Below, in pieces: positions 42,443-51,738 of a stretch of DNA of 64,000 nt. Below the pieces are notes generated by a model. The model ran no database searches and had not been told where the DNA came from. It saw only the letters and a program-made list of their open reading frames with translations. This DNA is from Candidatus Saccharimonadota bacterium (lineage in GTDB: Bacteria; Patescibacteriota; Saccharimonadia; Saccharimonadales; Saccharimonadaceae). The position numbers were made by a program, and so were the translations under genes. The DNA is taken from positions 956 to 64,955 of the forward strand of contig JAGAEN010000018.1 of assembly GCA_017613135.1 (NCBI GenBank), in the 5' to 3' direction. Position 1 is the stretch's first letter; each line of letters begins with the position of its first letter.

Positions 42443-44176
42443 TTATTTACTTGGATGATAAACTGTGCCAGCAAACCAGATTTCGCCAGTAGATTTGTCG
42501 CGAATGATGAAGAAGAACGGTTTATTGAAGGTGATGTCGATTTTTTCAACGGGAACTTCCCACTCATAGTCAAAACTAAACGCAGCGCCAAGACCTCCGG
42601 AAACTACTGTAGCGGCTGCGGCCTTAATACCATCATTTGAAAAATCGATATTTGCTTTGTGGAGCGCGTCTTGAATGTATGAATGAGCAATAGTCGTTAA
42701 TCTGGATAAATCGGCAATTTCTGGGTCAAACACGTCGGTAACGCCTAGATTCATAAGATCTTCCTTTAATTTGAGGTTGTAGTCGAAATTAAAGAATGGA
42801 ATATAGCCTTCGATTTGCGTAATAACGCCATCTTTATAATTGTCTACGACGGAAGCGTCTTTGATGCCATTGATGAGGCTAGAGAGATTTTCAACCGTCA
42901 TAGCATTTACATAAGTGTTTAGGTTTTCGTTTTTTGGCATAATGCCTACATATTGCAAGGTGGAATCATCGTATGTTTTCAAGTCTTTAGCGAAAACTTT
43001 TTCGTCATCGTTATCAGAAAAATAGAAATCTGTAGAGATATGAGTCTTGCCATAATTGCTACTAAGCTCCTCCATATACTCATCGATGTCGAAATCATCA
43101 TCTTCTCCATTTTTATTTTTCCATTCTTCATAAGCAGCTAGGACAGTAGAGCGAATTTGTTCCTCCCCAAGTTCTTCAATGATATTGTAGCGGTTGACAC
43201 TGGCACCAATTTCGGCAGCTTCGACTTCTTCATCTTCAAAATTCATTTTGTCAAATTGCTCGCCAACATAATTAATCCAATGGGAGTATTTTTCGTGGGC
43301 AAACCTTGCCCAGTAAAATATACAAGAGACTTTTGTGGTAGCACTTGTACACTGTAGTTGATTATTCCAATCCATATCGATAGCAAGAGCATTAATCAGC
43401 ATAAAGTCCGTATCTTCTCGCAAAACATCATCGCTTAGCATATTCTTAATAATATTCATCGTCTTATCGGCAATCCATTGGTTAATTGGAGCAACACTGG
43501 TAAAAGCATCGTAAACGACACTGGCGTTGTATTTTTGTTGGAGCGTAGTCGTATAGGAGGATAATATTTCATCTTTGACTCTTTCACGAATAAACATGGC
43601 ATTGGCAAAAGAACGATTGGTATTATTGGTGTAAGCTTTAGGGGTGTAATTGCCAATCAAATTAGTGATTTGGGTTTTTGACTTGCCATCGGCGGCATCA
43701 GACAACATTGCAAGAGCGTATTTAATGGAAATTGGACTATAGACAATGTTGTCTGCTTTATCTTGTAGACGTAGGAACGTCAAATCAAAATCGCTCATTG
43801 CGCTGAGGTCGTAGTTTTGATTTTGATTTGAACTATTATCATCGTCAGAAGGTTGGCCACCTTGGTTGAATGGGAAAAATTTGGCAAAAGCAAAACCGCC
43901 AGCAACGACCAAAGCGATAAGAATAACGATGGCAGAAATAATTAGTGGCTTGCTGTTTTTGGGCTTAGGTGGCTCGGGAACTGAGTCAGGAGTGGAAGTA
44001 GGTTCGGTAGATGGAGCTGGTGTTGGAGTGATAGTTGGTTCGGGTATAGGGGTAGGTTCTGGGACTGGGGTTGGCTCTGGAGTTGGGGTTGGCTCTGGAG
44101 TTGGGGTTGGCTCTGGAGTTGGGGCGAGGGCAGGCTCCGTATTTGGGTTAATATTATTATTTAAGGATGGATCCAT
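42443..44176 (-). CDS. Membrane-anchored serpin (serine protease inhibitor family)
   Basis: N-terminal (TPEP)n region and a TM helix. The serpin core begins NIVYSPISIKYALAMLSDAADGKSKTQI and ends FNKPFFFIIRDKSTGEIWFAGTVYHP. Confidence 0.75.
   Translation of the reverse strand: MDPSLNNNINPNTEPALAPTPEPTPTPEPTPTPEPTPVPEPTPIPEPTITPTPAPSTEPTSTPDSVPEPPKPKNSKPLIISAIVILIALVVAGGFAFAKFFPFNQGGQPSDDDNSSNQNQNYDLSAMSDFDLTFLRLQDKADNIVYSPISIKYALAMLSDAADGKSKTQITNLIGNYTPKAYTNNTNRSFANAMFIRERVKDEILSSYTTTLQQKYNASVVYDAFTSVAPINQWIADKTMNIIKNMLSDDVLREDTDFMLINALAIDMDWNNQLQCTSATTKVSCIFYWARFAHEKYSHWINYVGEQFDKMNFEDEEVEAAEIGASVNRYNIIEELGEEQIRSTVLAAYEEWKNKNGEDDDFDIDEYMEELSSNYGKTHISTDFYFSDNDDEKVFAKDLKTYDDSTLQYVGIMPKNENLNTYVNAMTVENLSSLINGIKDASVVDNYKDGVITQIEGYIPFFNFDYNLKLKEDLMNLGVTDVFDPEIADLSRLTTIAHSYIQDALHKANIDFSNDGIKAAAATVVSGGLGAAFSFDYEWEVPVEKIDITFNKPFFFIIRDKSTGEIWFAGTVYHPSK
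44067..44124 (-). repeat. Tandem 18-nt repeat encoding PTPEPT units
   Basis: ggggttggctctggagtt, about 3.2 copies. Confidence 0.8.
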
Positions 44177-44193
44177 TTTTACTCCTTTTTAGA

Positions 44194-45432
44194 TTAAAAT
44201 TTTGAGAGAATTCTTTTTATAATGTTCGGCTTGTGCGCGGAGGATTTCGCGGATTTTTTGGATTTCTTGCCTTGGGATGGGAGACGGTCGAGATTTTCGG
44301 CGGCAATTTTGGCTAGGCCAATGGCTACGGCGTATTCTGGTTTTGAAATCGGCTCAGCGACGCCGGCTAGGTCCTTTGGAACACCAATTTTGACGGAAGC
44401 TTCTAGGACTTCTTTAGCATATAATTCAATATCGCGCATTTTGGCGCCACCACCAGTGAGAATTATTCCCTCTGGAAGACGTTGGTCGTAGCGAGCGGAT
44501 TTTAGTTTTTTGCGAATTTCGGTGAAGATTTCGCTAAGGCGAGCTTTTACCACTTCTTCGACTTCTTTGCGTTCAAAGGCGCGCTCCATTTTCCCTTCTT
44601 TGCCGATACGAATAACTGGATTCTTGTCGGAATCGAAATTGCCGGTTACAAAACGAGTTTTGATTTCTTCGGCCATATCTGGATCGATGGCAAGGACGAT
44701 AGCAAGGTCGTTGGTAATGTTATTGGAGCCGGCTGGCACCACACCAACGTATTGCAAATCACCTTCTTCATAAACTGCTACTGAAGTAGTAGCGGCACCC
44801 ATATCGACAACGGCAACGCCATTTTCTTTTTGGCGCTCGGTTAGGACGGCCTTTGCGGCAGCGACGGCACTCGGGACTAAACGGTCGGCATTAACGTCGG
44901 CAGATAGGGTAGCTTTTTTTAGGTTCTCACAATTCGGAGTGAGAGCAGAAATCACATTGGCGCGCATTTCCAATCTGGCGCCGGACATGCCAAGTGGATC
45001 TTTGATGCCGGCTTGGCCATCAAGAGCATATTCAAGAGGGATAACGTCTAGAACATCGCGGTTGGCCGGAATACGACCAGTGACGGCGACATCTTCAACA
45101 CGGTCCAAATCAGTCTCGTTAATCTCGTGCTCGACGGTACCGACGGCAATCATACCTTCGGTGTGAGTGGAGAGTATTTGTGAGCCGTTAACAGAAACAA
45201 AGGCGGAGCGCACTTCGTAGCCTGCCATTCGCTCGGCTTCGGCAAGCATCCGATCGATAGATTCGGCGGGGCCGGTGAGATTAGCCGGAATGCCTTTTCG
45301 CATACCAGCGGTTTTTCCTTCATTATATCCCACTACCGCTAAGCGACCATCTTTATCAACTGTAGCAATAATGGCGCGGACGTTTTCGGTGCCCACGTCA
45401 AGACCGGTTACAAAACGTTTATCGTTATCCAT
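44194..45432 (-). CDS. ftsA: Cell division protein FtsA
   Basis: Actin-fold motifs GLDVGTE and ILTGGGA. Start placed at MDNDKRF (ATG 45432). Confidence 0.9.
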   Translation of the reverse strand: MDNDKRFVTGLDVGTENVRAIIATVDKDGRLAVVGYNEGKTAGMRKGIPANLTGPAESIDRMLAEAERMAGYEVRSAFVSVNGSQILSTHTEGMIAVGTVEHEINETDLDRVEDVAVTGRIPANRDVLDVIPLEYALDGQAGIKDPLGMSGARLEMRANVISALTPNCENLKKATLSADVNADRLVPSAVAAAKAVLTERQKENGVAVVDMGAATTSVAVYEEGDLQYVGVVPAGSNNITNDLAIVLAIDPDMAEEIKTRFVTGNFDSDKNPVIRIGKEGKMERAFERKEVEEVVKARLSEIFTEIRKKLKSARYDQRLPEGIILTGGGAKMRDIELYAKEVLEASVKIGVPKDLAGVAEPISKPEYAVAIGLAKIAAENLDRLPSQGKKSKKSAKSSAHKPNIIKRILSKF

Positions 45433-45438
45433 AAGCTT

Positions 45439-45447
45439 ATTATAGCA
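45439..45447 (-). promoter_or_regulatory. TGCTATAAT, 6 nt from the ftsA ATG (leaderless)
   Basis: The rc reads TGCTATAAT aagctt ATG. It lies immediately after the map stop codon. Confidence 0.5.
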
Positions 45448-45450
45448 CAA

Positions 45451-46227
45451 TTAGTCTGGCAAGGTCAAAACTTCGTAACCATCTTTAGTGACGAGAATGG
45501 TGTGCTCGCAGTGGCAACCGATGCTGCCGTCGTTCATTTTGACGGTCCAGTTGTCGTCGCCTTCAATATGGTTGGCTGGTTTGCCGAGGCAAGACATCGG
45601 CTCGATACAAATAGTATCGCCCTCGACGAGTTTGTAACCGTGGCCTTTTTTGCCATAATTTGGAACTTCGGGAGCAGAGTGCATTTCTTTGTCGATGCCG
45701 TGGCCGACGTAGTTTTCAATGACGCCGAGATGGCCTTTTCTTAAAACTTGCTCAACGGCGTGGCCGATGGTGCCGATGGCGACACCGGGTGCTACTTGTT
45801 CGATTCCCTCCCACATTGAGGACTCGGTAACGCTAATCATTTTTTTCACGGCTGGCGAACCTTCGCCACCAACTAGCATAGTAAAAGCGGAATCAGTGAA
45901 ATAGCCTTTGTAATAAATATCGAGGTCAAAACTGACCTTATCGCCCTTTTCTAGTGGCTCGTCTTTGGGGGCACCGTGAACAAGCTCATCGTTTATTGAG
46001 ATACAGATGGCACCGGGAAATTCTTCATCAAGCATATCATAGGCGACTTTGGCACCGCGCTTTTCAATTTCCTTTCGGACCCAAGCGTCGATTTCTTTGC
46101 CGGTCATACCGGGTTTAACATAGTCTTTAAGATCTTTTAAGAGATTGCCAAGAATTTTGCCGCCTTCACGCATCGCAGTAATTTTTTCCTGCAACTTAGC
46201 AGGTGTGCTATTTTCAATATTAATCAT
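45451..46227 (-). CDS. map: Methionine aminopeptidase type I
   Basis: Metal ligand context FDLD, GHG, EPM, and CHCEHT. Confidence 0.93.
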   Translation of the reverse strand: MINIENSTPAKLQEKITAMREGGKILGNLLKDLKDYVKPGMTGKEIDAWVRKEIEKRGAKVAYDMLDEEFPGAICISINDELVHGAPKDEPLEKGDKVSFDLDIYYKGYFTDSAFTMLVGGEGSPAVKKMISVTESSMWEGIEQVAPGVAIGTIGHAVEQVLRKGHLGVIENYVGHGIDKEMHSAPEVPNYGKKGHGYKLVEGDTICIEPMSCLGKPANHIEGDDNWTVKMNDGSIGCHCEHTILVTKDGYEVLTLPD

Positions 46228-46821
46228 TTATTCTCCGTAACTTTTTTCGATTTCTTCGCCATTGACGTCATCGTTTTGTTCGGTGGCATCGGGGTTTAAT
46301 TCTTTAACTACATCCACTAATCGGTCGGTAACTTCGCCAATTGGGCCGACGCCATCAACGCGCTTAATCGGGATGTTTTTGGCTTCTAACAGAGGTAAAA
46401 TTGAACAAATATTTTGTTCAAAGATTTCGAAGCGGCGGTCGATGCTCTCTTTTTCTTTGTCGTCGTCGCGACCGCGGAGCGAAAGGCGCTCGTATAACTC
46501 TTCTTTAGGGACTTCTAAAATAATGGCGCCGTCAATTTTGTCGGACATATGGTCAACTAGCCATTTAGCCTGGTATTCCGTGCGTGGATAGCCGTCTAAA
46601 ATTACATCAAACCCTTCGGCCTCGGACTTTTCGATTTGTTTTGTCATTAAGCGGATGACATCTTCGTCTGGGATGAGATTGCCATTGTTGATAACATCGG
46701 CGTATTCGTCGGTATCGCGAATGACCTGGCCGACTGACAAAGCACGCCAGCCAAAAATCTCGGACAAGGCCTTGCCCTGAGTGCCTTTACCTGAACCTGC
46801 TAAACCAAATAAAATAATCAT
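46228..46821 (-). CDS. adk: Adenylate kinase (short LID, no zinc)
   Basis: GLAGSGKGTQ P-loop and DGYPRT. Confidence 0.9.
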   Translation of the reverse strand: MIILFGLAGSGKGTQGKALSEIFGWRALSVGQVIRDTDEYADVINNGNLIPDEDVIRLMTKQIEKSEAEGFDVILDGYPRTEYQAKWLVDHMSDKIDGAIILEVPKEELYERLSLRGRDDDKEKESIDRRFEIFEQNICSILPLLEAKNIPIKRVDGVGPIGEVTDRLVDVVKELNPDATEQNDDVNGEEIEKSYGE

Positions 46822-46896
46822 AATTCTCCTTTAGGGTTATTATACCATAGATATTTATAATCTAATTTTCTTCGCCTTCACTTCGCGCCAGGAACA

Positions 46897-46922
46897 AAAA
46901 TCTCCCCGTGAGGGGAGATTTT
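46897..46922. terminator. Terminator after rpsU
   Basis: aaaatctcccc gtga ggggagatttt. Confidence 0.65.
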
Positions 46923-46923
46923 G

Positions 46924-47142
46924 TTATTTCAAGCCAAGCTTGATGCGTTCGGTCTTCTCGGCCTTGCGGGCTTCGCGAATGATGGCTTTAAGACGGCGCT
47001 CGCGCTTTGACATAGGTTTAGAAAAACGCATTTGCGACTTCTTAAGTGGCATCATACCGCTCTGAAGAACTTTGCGGTTGAAGCGACGAATGATGTTCTC
47101 GTTGGCTTCTCCCTGATCTTTTCTAGTAACTTTAATAGCCAT
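46924..47142 (-). CDS. rpsU: 30S ribosomal protein S21
   Basis: 72 aa and basic. The IRRFNRKV...KPMSKRERR pattern matches S21. Confidence 0.8.
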   Translation of the reverse strand: MAIKVTRKDQGEANENIIRRFNRKVLQSGMMPLKKSQMRFSKPMSKRERRLKAIIREARKAEKTERIKLGLK

Positions 47143-47185
47143 ATTGCCTTAAAGTATATCACAAAGTGTAAAAATATACAAGGGT

Positions 47186-48844
47186 CTAACTACCTACGAC
47201 GCAGCGGACTGAACGACCGTCGTAGCGATTGCTGTGATTTGTAGGGCTAACGTTATCAACGTTGATATTTAAGCTCATTATATTTTCTGCGTCATACCAC
47301 GTAGATGACCAGGTGTAACCATAATAACCTTGATCGTAAGCCTTACCGGAATAGAAGAAACCGGACAGTGGTGTTGAAAGTGCAGTCTGGAAAGCTGCGG
47401 TTTGATTTGAGCTACTACTATATTGTGAGTATAGGTTGGTATATTCACCTTCGTCTCCACCGGTAGGCAATCTCCAACTAGCAGGACAGATATCCTCCGT
47501 AGCATCTCTTAGTGTGCTGGTATCTGGGTCGGAAGATGGACTGCCGGTATTGTCTGCGTTGTCGCCATAACAATATGAACCTGCAGATGCGGCACAATAA
47601 TTATAGTAGACTCCTATTTGGCCTTGAACTATGCTCGTTCTTCCATTGATAATTTCGGGCGTTATATCGTTATAAGCCCAAGGCGAACCAGCTACCCCAC
47701 CGTTAACGCAATATGAATTATAACAGCTACCACTAGTTGAGCTATCTACAGCAATCATTGGGGAACTGTAAGAGCCTCCATTATTGTCGGTCCATTCTTT
47801 AATGACCACCGAAGTCGAATAGTTGCCGGACGGATCCAATGCCACATTGCGCGATCTTACACCTTTTAGATATTCCAAGGTTGTATCCGAGGCATTGGTG
47901 TTGCCTTTAAGGGTATCGATATCAACATTGGTAATATCTAGGGCTAAGTTGTCTAGCATCCAGCATTTTCCATCGGCAAGTTTGGAAACTCTATATGTTT
48001 TACCGTCACGGGCATCGACTAGGGTAGCTTTGGAATCATCACCTTCTAGATTGACCATACTACAAATATTTGAAGACATATCCTGCATTTTGTAATAATT
48101 GCCCATTTTTTGCTTACCGGATTTTCTGAGTGCTGATTCTATATTGACTGGCGCAACCGGAGCTTCAGTGTTGTTTGGATGAACTAGTATATACTTAACT
48201 TGTCCCACATAAGTTCCAGCAGGTTGAGTCTGTGAGATATAGGCTCTATAGGTAGTAGTGAGGTTAGAACCAGAAGCACCTGAACCTATGTCAGTAGAAG
48301 CGAGTGCGTAGGCAACCTTGGTATATTCATCTGGTACTGCGGTATATCCTGAAAAATCTGGGTCACCTGTTTGTTTGTTAGTATCGTCAGTAGAGCCGGC
48401 AATAATAGGAAGATAAGTAGAGCCAGCTTTAGTGAGTTTCATCGCCCAGGAAGATGTACCAGAAGTGACAGTAGAAGAAGTAATAATATCGTGAGTAGAA
48501 CCAAGTGTTGCATTAGTTAGCTTATTATTGCCATATTCATCATTAGTATAACCAATAGCATATAGAGCATAGCCAGTGTTATCATTGCATGTAACTTTAA
48601 TTGTAGTACTTCCAATATCTTCTGTAGTGACACCATTTTGAATTGACGCAACGTGTGAGCTCATACCTGAAGTGGCAATTGAGCAGGATACCGGCACAGT
48701 AACCGTGACGACGTCTACAAAGTTATCGTCCGCTAAGGCTGTGGGAAGAGTAAGCGCCATAACAGATACTATTATAAACATAATTAGCCAATTGGTGATT
48801 TTTTTGTTTTGCATTTTTGTGTATATCCTTTTAGACATTACCAT
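47186..48844 (-). CDS. Secreted surface protein paralog: shared N-terminal module + FISUMP C-terminal domain
   Basis: DARDGKTYRVSKLADGKCWMLDNLAL, CPASWRLP, YTWSST, and RSVRCV. The N-terminal 190 aa are about 85% identical to the 37734-39731 product. Confidence 0.75.
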   Translation of the reverse strand: MVMSKRIYTKMQNKKITNWLIMFIIVSVMALTLPTALADDNFVDVVTVTVPVSCSIATSGMSSHVASIQNGVTTEDIGSTTIKVTCNDNTGYALYAIGYTNDEYGNNKLTNATLGSTHDIITSSTVTSGTSSWAMKLTKAGSTYLPIIAGSTDDTNKQTGDPDFSGYTAVPDEYTKVAYALASTDIGSGASGSNLTTTYRAYISQTQPAGTYVGQVKYILVHPNNTEAPVAPVNIESALRKSGKQKMGNYYKMQDMSSNICSMVNLEGDDSKATLVDARDGKTYRVSKLADGKCWMLDNLALDITNVDIDTLKGNTNASDTTLEYLKGVRSRNVALDPSGNYSTSVVIKEWTDNNGGSYSSPMIAVDSSTSGSCYNSYCVNGGVAGSPWAYNDITPEIINGRTSIVQGQIGVYYNYCAASAGSYCYGDNADNTGSPSSDPDTSTLRDATEDICPASWRLPTGGDEGEYTNLYSQYSSSSNQTAAFQTALSTPLSGFFYSGKAYDQGYYGYTWSSTWYDAENIMSLNINVDNVSPTNHSNRYDGRSVRCVVGS

Positions 48845-48914
48845 TATACCACACTTTTTAAAAAATCAAGCCCTAAATAAAAATTAGTCCCTTAGGGACT
48901 TATTTTTATTATAA

Positions 48915-48991
48915 TGGCGGACACGACGAGACTCGAACTCGCGACCTCCGCCGTGACAGGGCGGCGCTCTAACCAACTGAGCTACGTGTCC
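48915..48991 (-). tRNA. tRNA-Asp (anticodon GTC), CCA encoded
   Basis: Acceptor GGACACG/CGTGTCC, anticodon loop CTGTCAC, T-loop TTCGAGT. Terminator hairpin at about 48881-48910. Confidence 0.9.
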
Positions 48992-49036
48992 ACTTGGTGT
49001 TCATTATAGCGCATCTAGTGAATAAAATCAAGAGAT

Positions 49037-50743
49037 TTAGACGCCTGGGATTTGAAATGAACCAGGGCTCACGGCTTGTGGCTGATAAATCTGATCTTGC
49101 ATAGCTGGCTGAGGACCGAGCGAAGTTGGCTCTAAGGAATTAGGATCAATAGGTGGGGCTGGCGGTGGAGGCAAAATATCTCCCCCGGCTGGTGGCATAT
49201 AATTAATCTCTGGCACGCCGTTAATTTCTGGTGTGGTGGCAACTTCAGGAGCAGAATTCAAAGCTGGGTTGTTGAAGGCTGGCTCTGGTTCTTTGGATGG
49301 GCTAGCAATCGTGCCGATAGGAGAATCTTCCCCGTCGACTTCGGCGAGAGCATCTTCTAGCATTTGACTATATTTATTGGTTTCTTCTTCGGTAGGCTCC
49401 GAGGAAATATCAGGGGTTGGTTCAGGAGTTGTAACTGGTTCAGATTCCACCGTAGGGGGAGTTTCTTTTTCGATAGCAGATTTGATTTCTGCTGTCGCGG
49501 AGGCAAGATTGTCGTCGGCCTTTTTATCGTCTATTTCATCTTCGATACGAACTGGACCATTATTCTTTTCTGGTGTGACTTCGGCACCAGCAGTAGCAAG
49601 ATCGGCTTCGGCGGCCTTCAAATCAGCTAGCAAGGTAGATTCTTTTTCATTCACCGAGGCGTCGACTTCCTTAGTTTCATCGACATCTTTTTCGTTGCCA
49701 TGCTGAATATCTAATTTAGTAGAATCACCATCTGTTTTCTCGTTGGTCTCAGAATCAAAGGTGAAAAATTCGTTTTCGGTATCAGGGGTGATGTTTTTGG
49801 CAATGAGTTGTTGATTGGCGCCAAAGTCCATTAGACGAGCAGCAAATTCCATGGTCTTTGAAGTGGTGCCGGCGCTAGCAAAACGATTGGTTGCAGCGAC
49901 GATGCCCGTAAGGAAGGCGGTAGCTTCTTCTTTTTCGGGTTTTTCTGAATTCATACCGAGAATGAGTTCGACAATCATTTCGGAAACGGAGCTAGCAGTC
50001 TTATCGCTCCACTCTATTTCACCTAATTTTCCAGGATTGCCAGTAGTAATGTTAATTACTACAGCATCATGCATAATGCGACCGTGCTCGCGGAGCGCAT
50101 CGTCAAGATCAATGCCATTTGCAACATCAAGTGCAAGGACAAGGTCAACGTTGTAATCACCGTAGGAGAACTCTAAATCATCGCTGGTAATTTTTGAGCG
50201 ATACGGAGTAATAAAAATCTTGACGTATTCGCCGTCGAGCTTATAGCGTAAGTGGTCGGCTTTTTCCTTATTCAGAGCAATTACAAAGTCTTGTAAAATA
50301 TCGGCGGTTTTTTCAAAAGTATCTTCTGGTTTCAAAAATTTGAGAGCATTCGGAGTGGCTCCAGAATAAATGGCAGTGACACGCTTGCCTAAACGATCTA
50401 AATAAAGGGCTAGCCCAATAGCGGCAGCCATTTCGTCTACAGATGGATCGGAGGAGAGTGCCACTAAGATATTGTGGGCAGCGGCAATTTTGCCAGCTAC
50501 ATCGGAAATGATGGCGGAATTGTCTGTGTTGTTTATTGGAACATTTGTATTAGCAAAATCTGGAGCTAAGGAACCAGCTGGGTCCGCAGTGGCTGTAGGA
50601 ACAGTAGGGGTGGGGGCAGGTTCTGGCGTAGGTTGGACAACAACATCCGAAGGAGCAGTGACAGAAAAATTTTCTTGCTCGGTTACTGGAGCAACTGGAT
50701 CAATAATTGGTGTTGGGTTTGTGTTATCTTGTTGGTCAGGCAT
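49037..50743 (-). CDS. DHH-fold-like protein with degenerate catalytic motifs and long Pro/Thr/Glu-rich flanks
   Basis: ILVALSSDPSVDEMAAAIGLALYLDRLGK resembles NrnA motif I with H/D lost. The DHH position reads INIT. Confidence 0.45.
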   Translation of the reverse strand: MPDQQDNTNPTPIIDPVAPVTEQENFSVTAPSDVVVQPTPEPAPTPTVPTATADPAGSLAPDFANTNVPINNTDNSAIISDVAGKIAAAHNILVALSSDPSVDEMAAAIGLALYLDRLGKRVTAIYSGATPNALKFLKPEDTFEKTADILQDFVIALNKEKADHLRYKLDGEYVKIFITPYRSKITSDDLEFSYGDYNVDLVLALDVANGIDLDDALREHGRIMHDAVVINITTGNPGKLGEIEWSDKTASSVSEMIVELILGMNSEKPEKEEATAFLTGIVAATNRFASAGTTSKTMEFAARLMDFGANQQLIAKNITPDTENEFFTFDSETNEKTDGDSTKLDIQHGNEKDVDETKEVDASVNEKESTLLADLKAAEADLATAGAEVTPEKNNGPVRIEDEIDDKKADDNLASATAEIKSAIEKETPPTVESEPVTTPEPTPDISSEPTEEETNKYSQMLEDALAEVDGEDSPIGTIASPSKEPEPAFNNPALNSAPEVATTPEINGVPEINYMPPAGGDILPPPPAPPIDPNSLEPTSLGPQPAMQDQIYQPQAVSPGSFQIPGV

Positions 50744-50876
50744 TTTTACCTTTCTAATATTAGATTAACATAAGCTTCTAAAAATAGCAAGGATTATTTT
50801 TGCGGGGTCTTTACTTTTTAGGGAAAAAGAGTTATAATGTTTAAAACTAATTAATTTTTAACTATATAGGAAAAAA

Positions 50877-51140
50877 ATGCCGATTATTAAATCTGCCAAG
50901 AAGGCTGCTCGTCAAGCGGAAAAGCGCACAGAGCACAATGTAGAAATCAAAAAAGATATTAAGGCCGCAGTGAAGGCTTTTAAAACCAAGCCAAATGCAA
51001 AGAATTTGGCCAAGGCACAGTCTGAGTATGACAAAGCGGTAAAGAAAGATTTGTTAAAGAAAAACACCGCTGCACGTCGCAAGGCTGAGCTTCACGCCTT
51101 TGCTAAGAAGTCTGGTGTTAAATTAACTAAATCTAAATAG
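50877..51140 (+). CDS. rpsT: 30S ribosomal protein S20
   Basis: MPIIKSAKKAARQAEKR signature. Confidence 0.9.
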   Translation: MPIIKSAKKAARQAEKRTEHNVEIKKDIKAAVKAFKTKPNAKNLAKAQSEYDKAVKKDLLKKNTAARRKAELHAFAKKSGVKLTKSK

Positions 51141-51738
51141 TTGACAACCCAAGCAAAAACGACTCCACAAGTAACCAGGGGTCGATTTTTGTGGATTTCA
51201 TGGCAAGGTCGAGTTTGGAGAGGGATTTTAGAATAATTTTTTCTTTGGTTCCCTGGTTGGAGGCATAATCTTTGAGTGCTTGAGAAATAAGAAGGCCGGT
51301 AAATTTGATTGGGTCTTCGTTCGGTTTAATAATCTCTAACATTTTGATGGCGCGGGGACCGTCGGTCTTGGCGGTGCGGTAGATGCCAAAAACCAGTTTG
51401 AGATTGGGATCTTCGGGGGATTTGAATTCTTTAATCGTAATTTTGTCTTTAATATCTTTATAAACGGTACTTCGTTTGTCTAATTTGGTTTCAAATAGAA
51501 TAATGTCGTGGGAAGTGTTAAGATATTTGGGGAGTTCAGCGTAGATAGTTTTGTTTGCAGTAAAGTCACGAATAAGAATATGGCGTTTGTCGGTAAAGAG
51601 CGAGGCGCCGAGAAAAATGCTAGGAAGGTCTGAAAGATTTAAGTCTGGGCCGTCCAAAACTTCGTAATTATCACCTAGTATTCGTTTAATTTCCTCTTGG
51701 GCTTTCACGCGATTGTCACCGGTAAAAATTTGAATCAT
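51133..51738 (-). CDS. holA: DNA polymerase III delta subunit-like (short)
   Basis: HolA-like N-terminal domain pattern (FTGDN...LFTDKRHILIRDF). Only 201 aa. Confidence 0.5.
   Translation of the reverse strand: MIQIFTGDNRVKAQEEIKRILGDNYEVLDGPDLNLSDLPSIFLGASLFTDKRHILIRDFTANKTIYAELPKYLNTSHDIILFETKLDKRSTVYKDIKDKITIKEFKSPEDPNLKLVFGIYRTAKTDGPRAIKMLEIIKPNEDPIKFTGLLISQALKDYASNQGTKEKIILKSLSKLDLAMKSTKIDPWLLVESFLLGLSTI

Noticed and set aside
45433-45450. Upstream TTG start for ftsA giving MCYNKL...
   Set aside because: Those codons are the TGCTATAAT promoter itself and follow directly after the map stop codon. The conserved FtsA N-terminus begins at MDNDKRFVTGLDVGTE.
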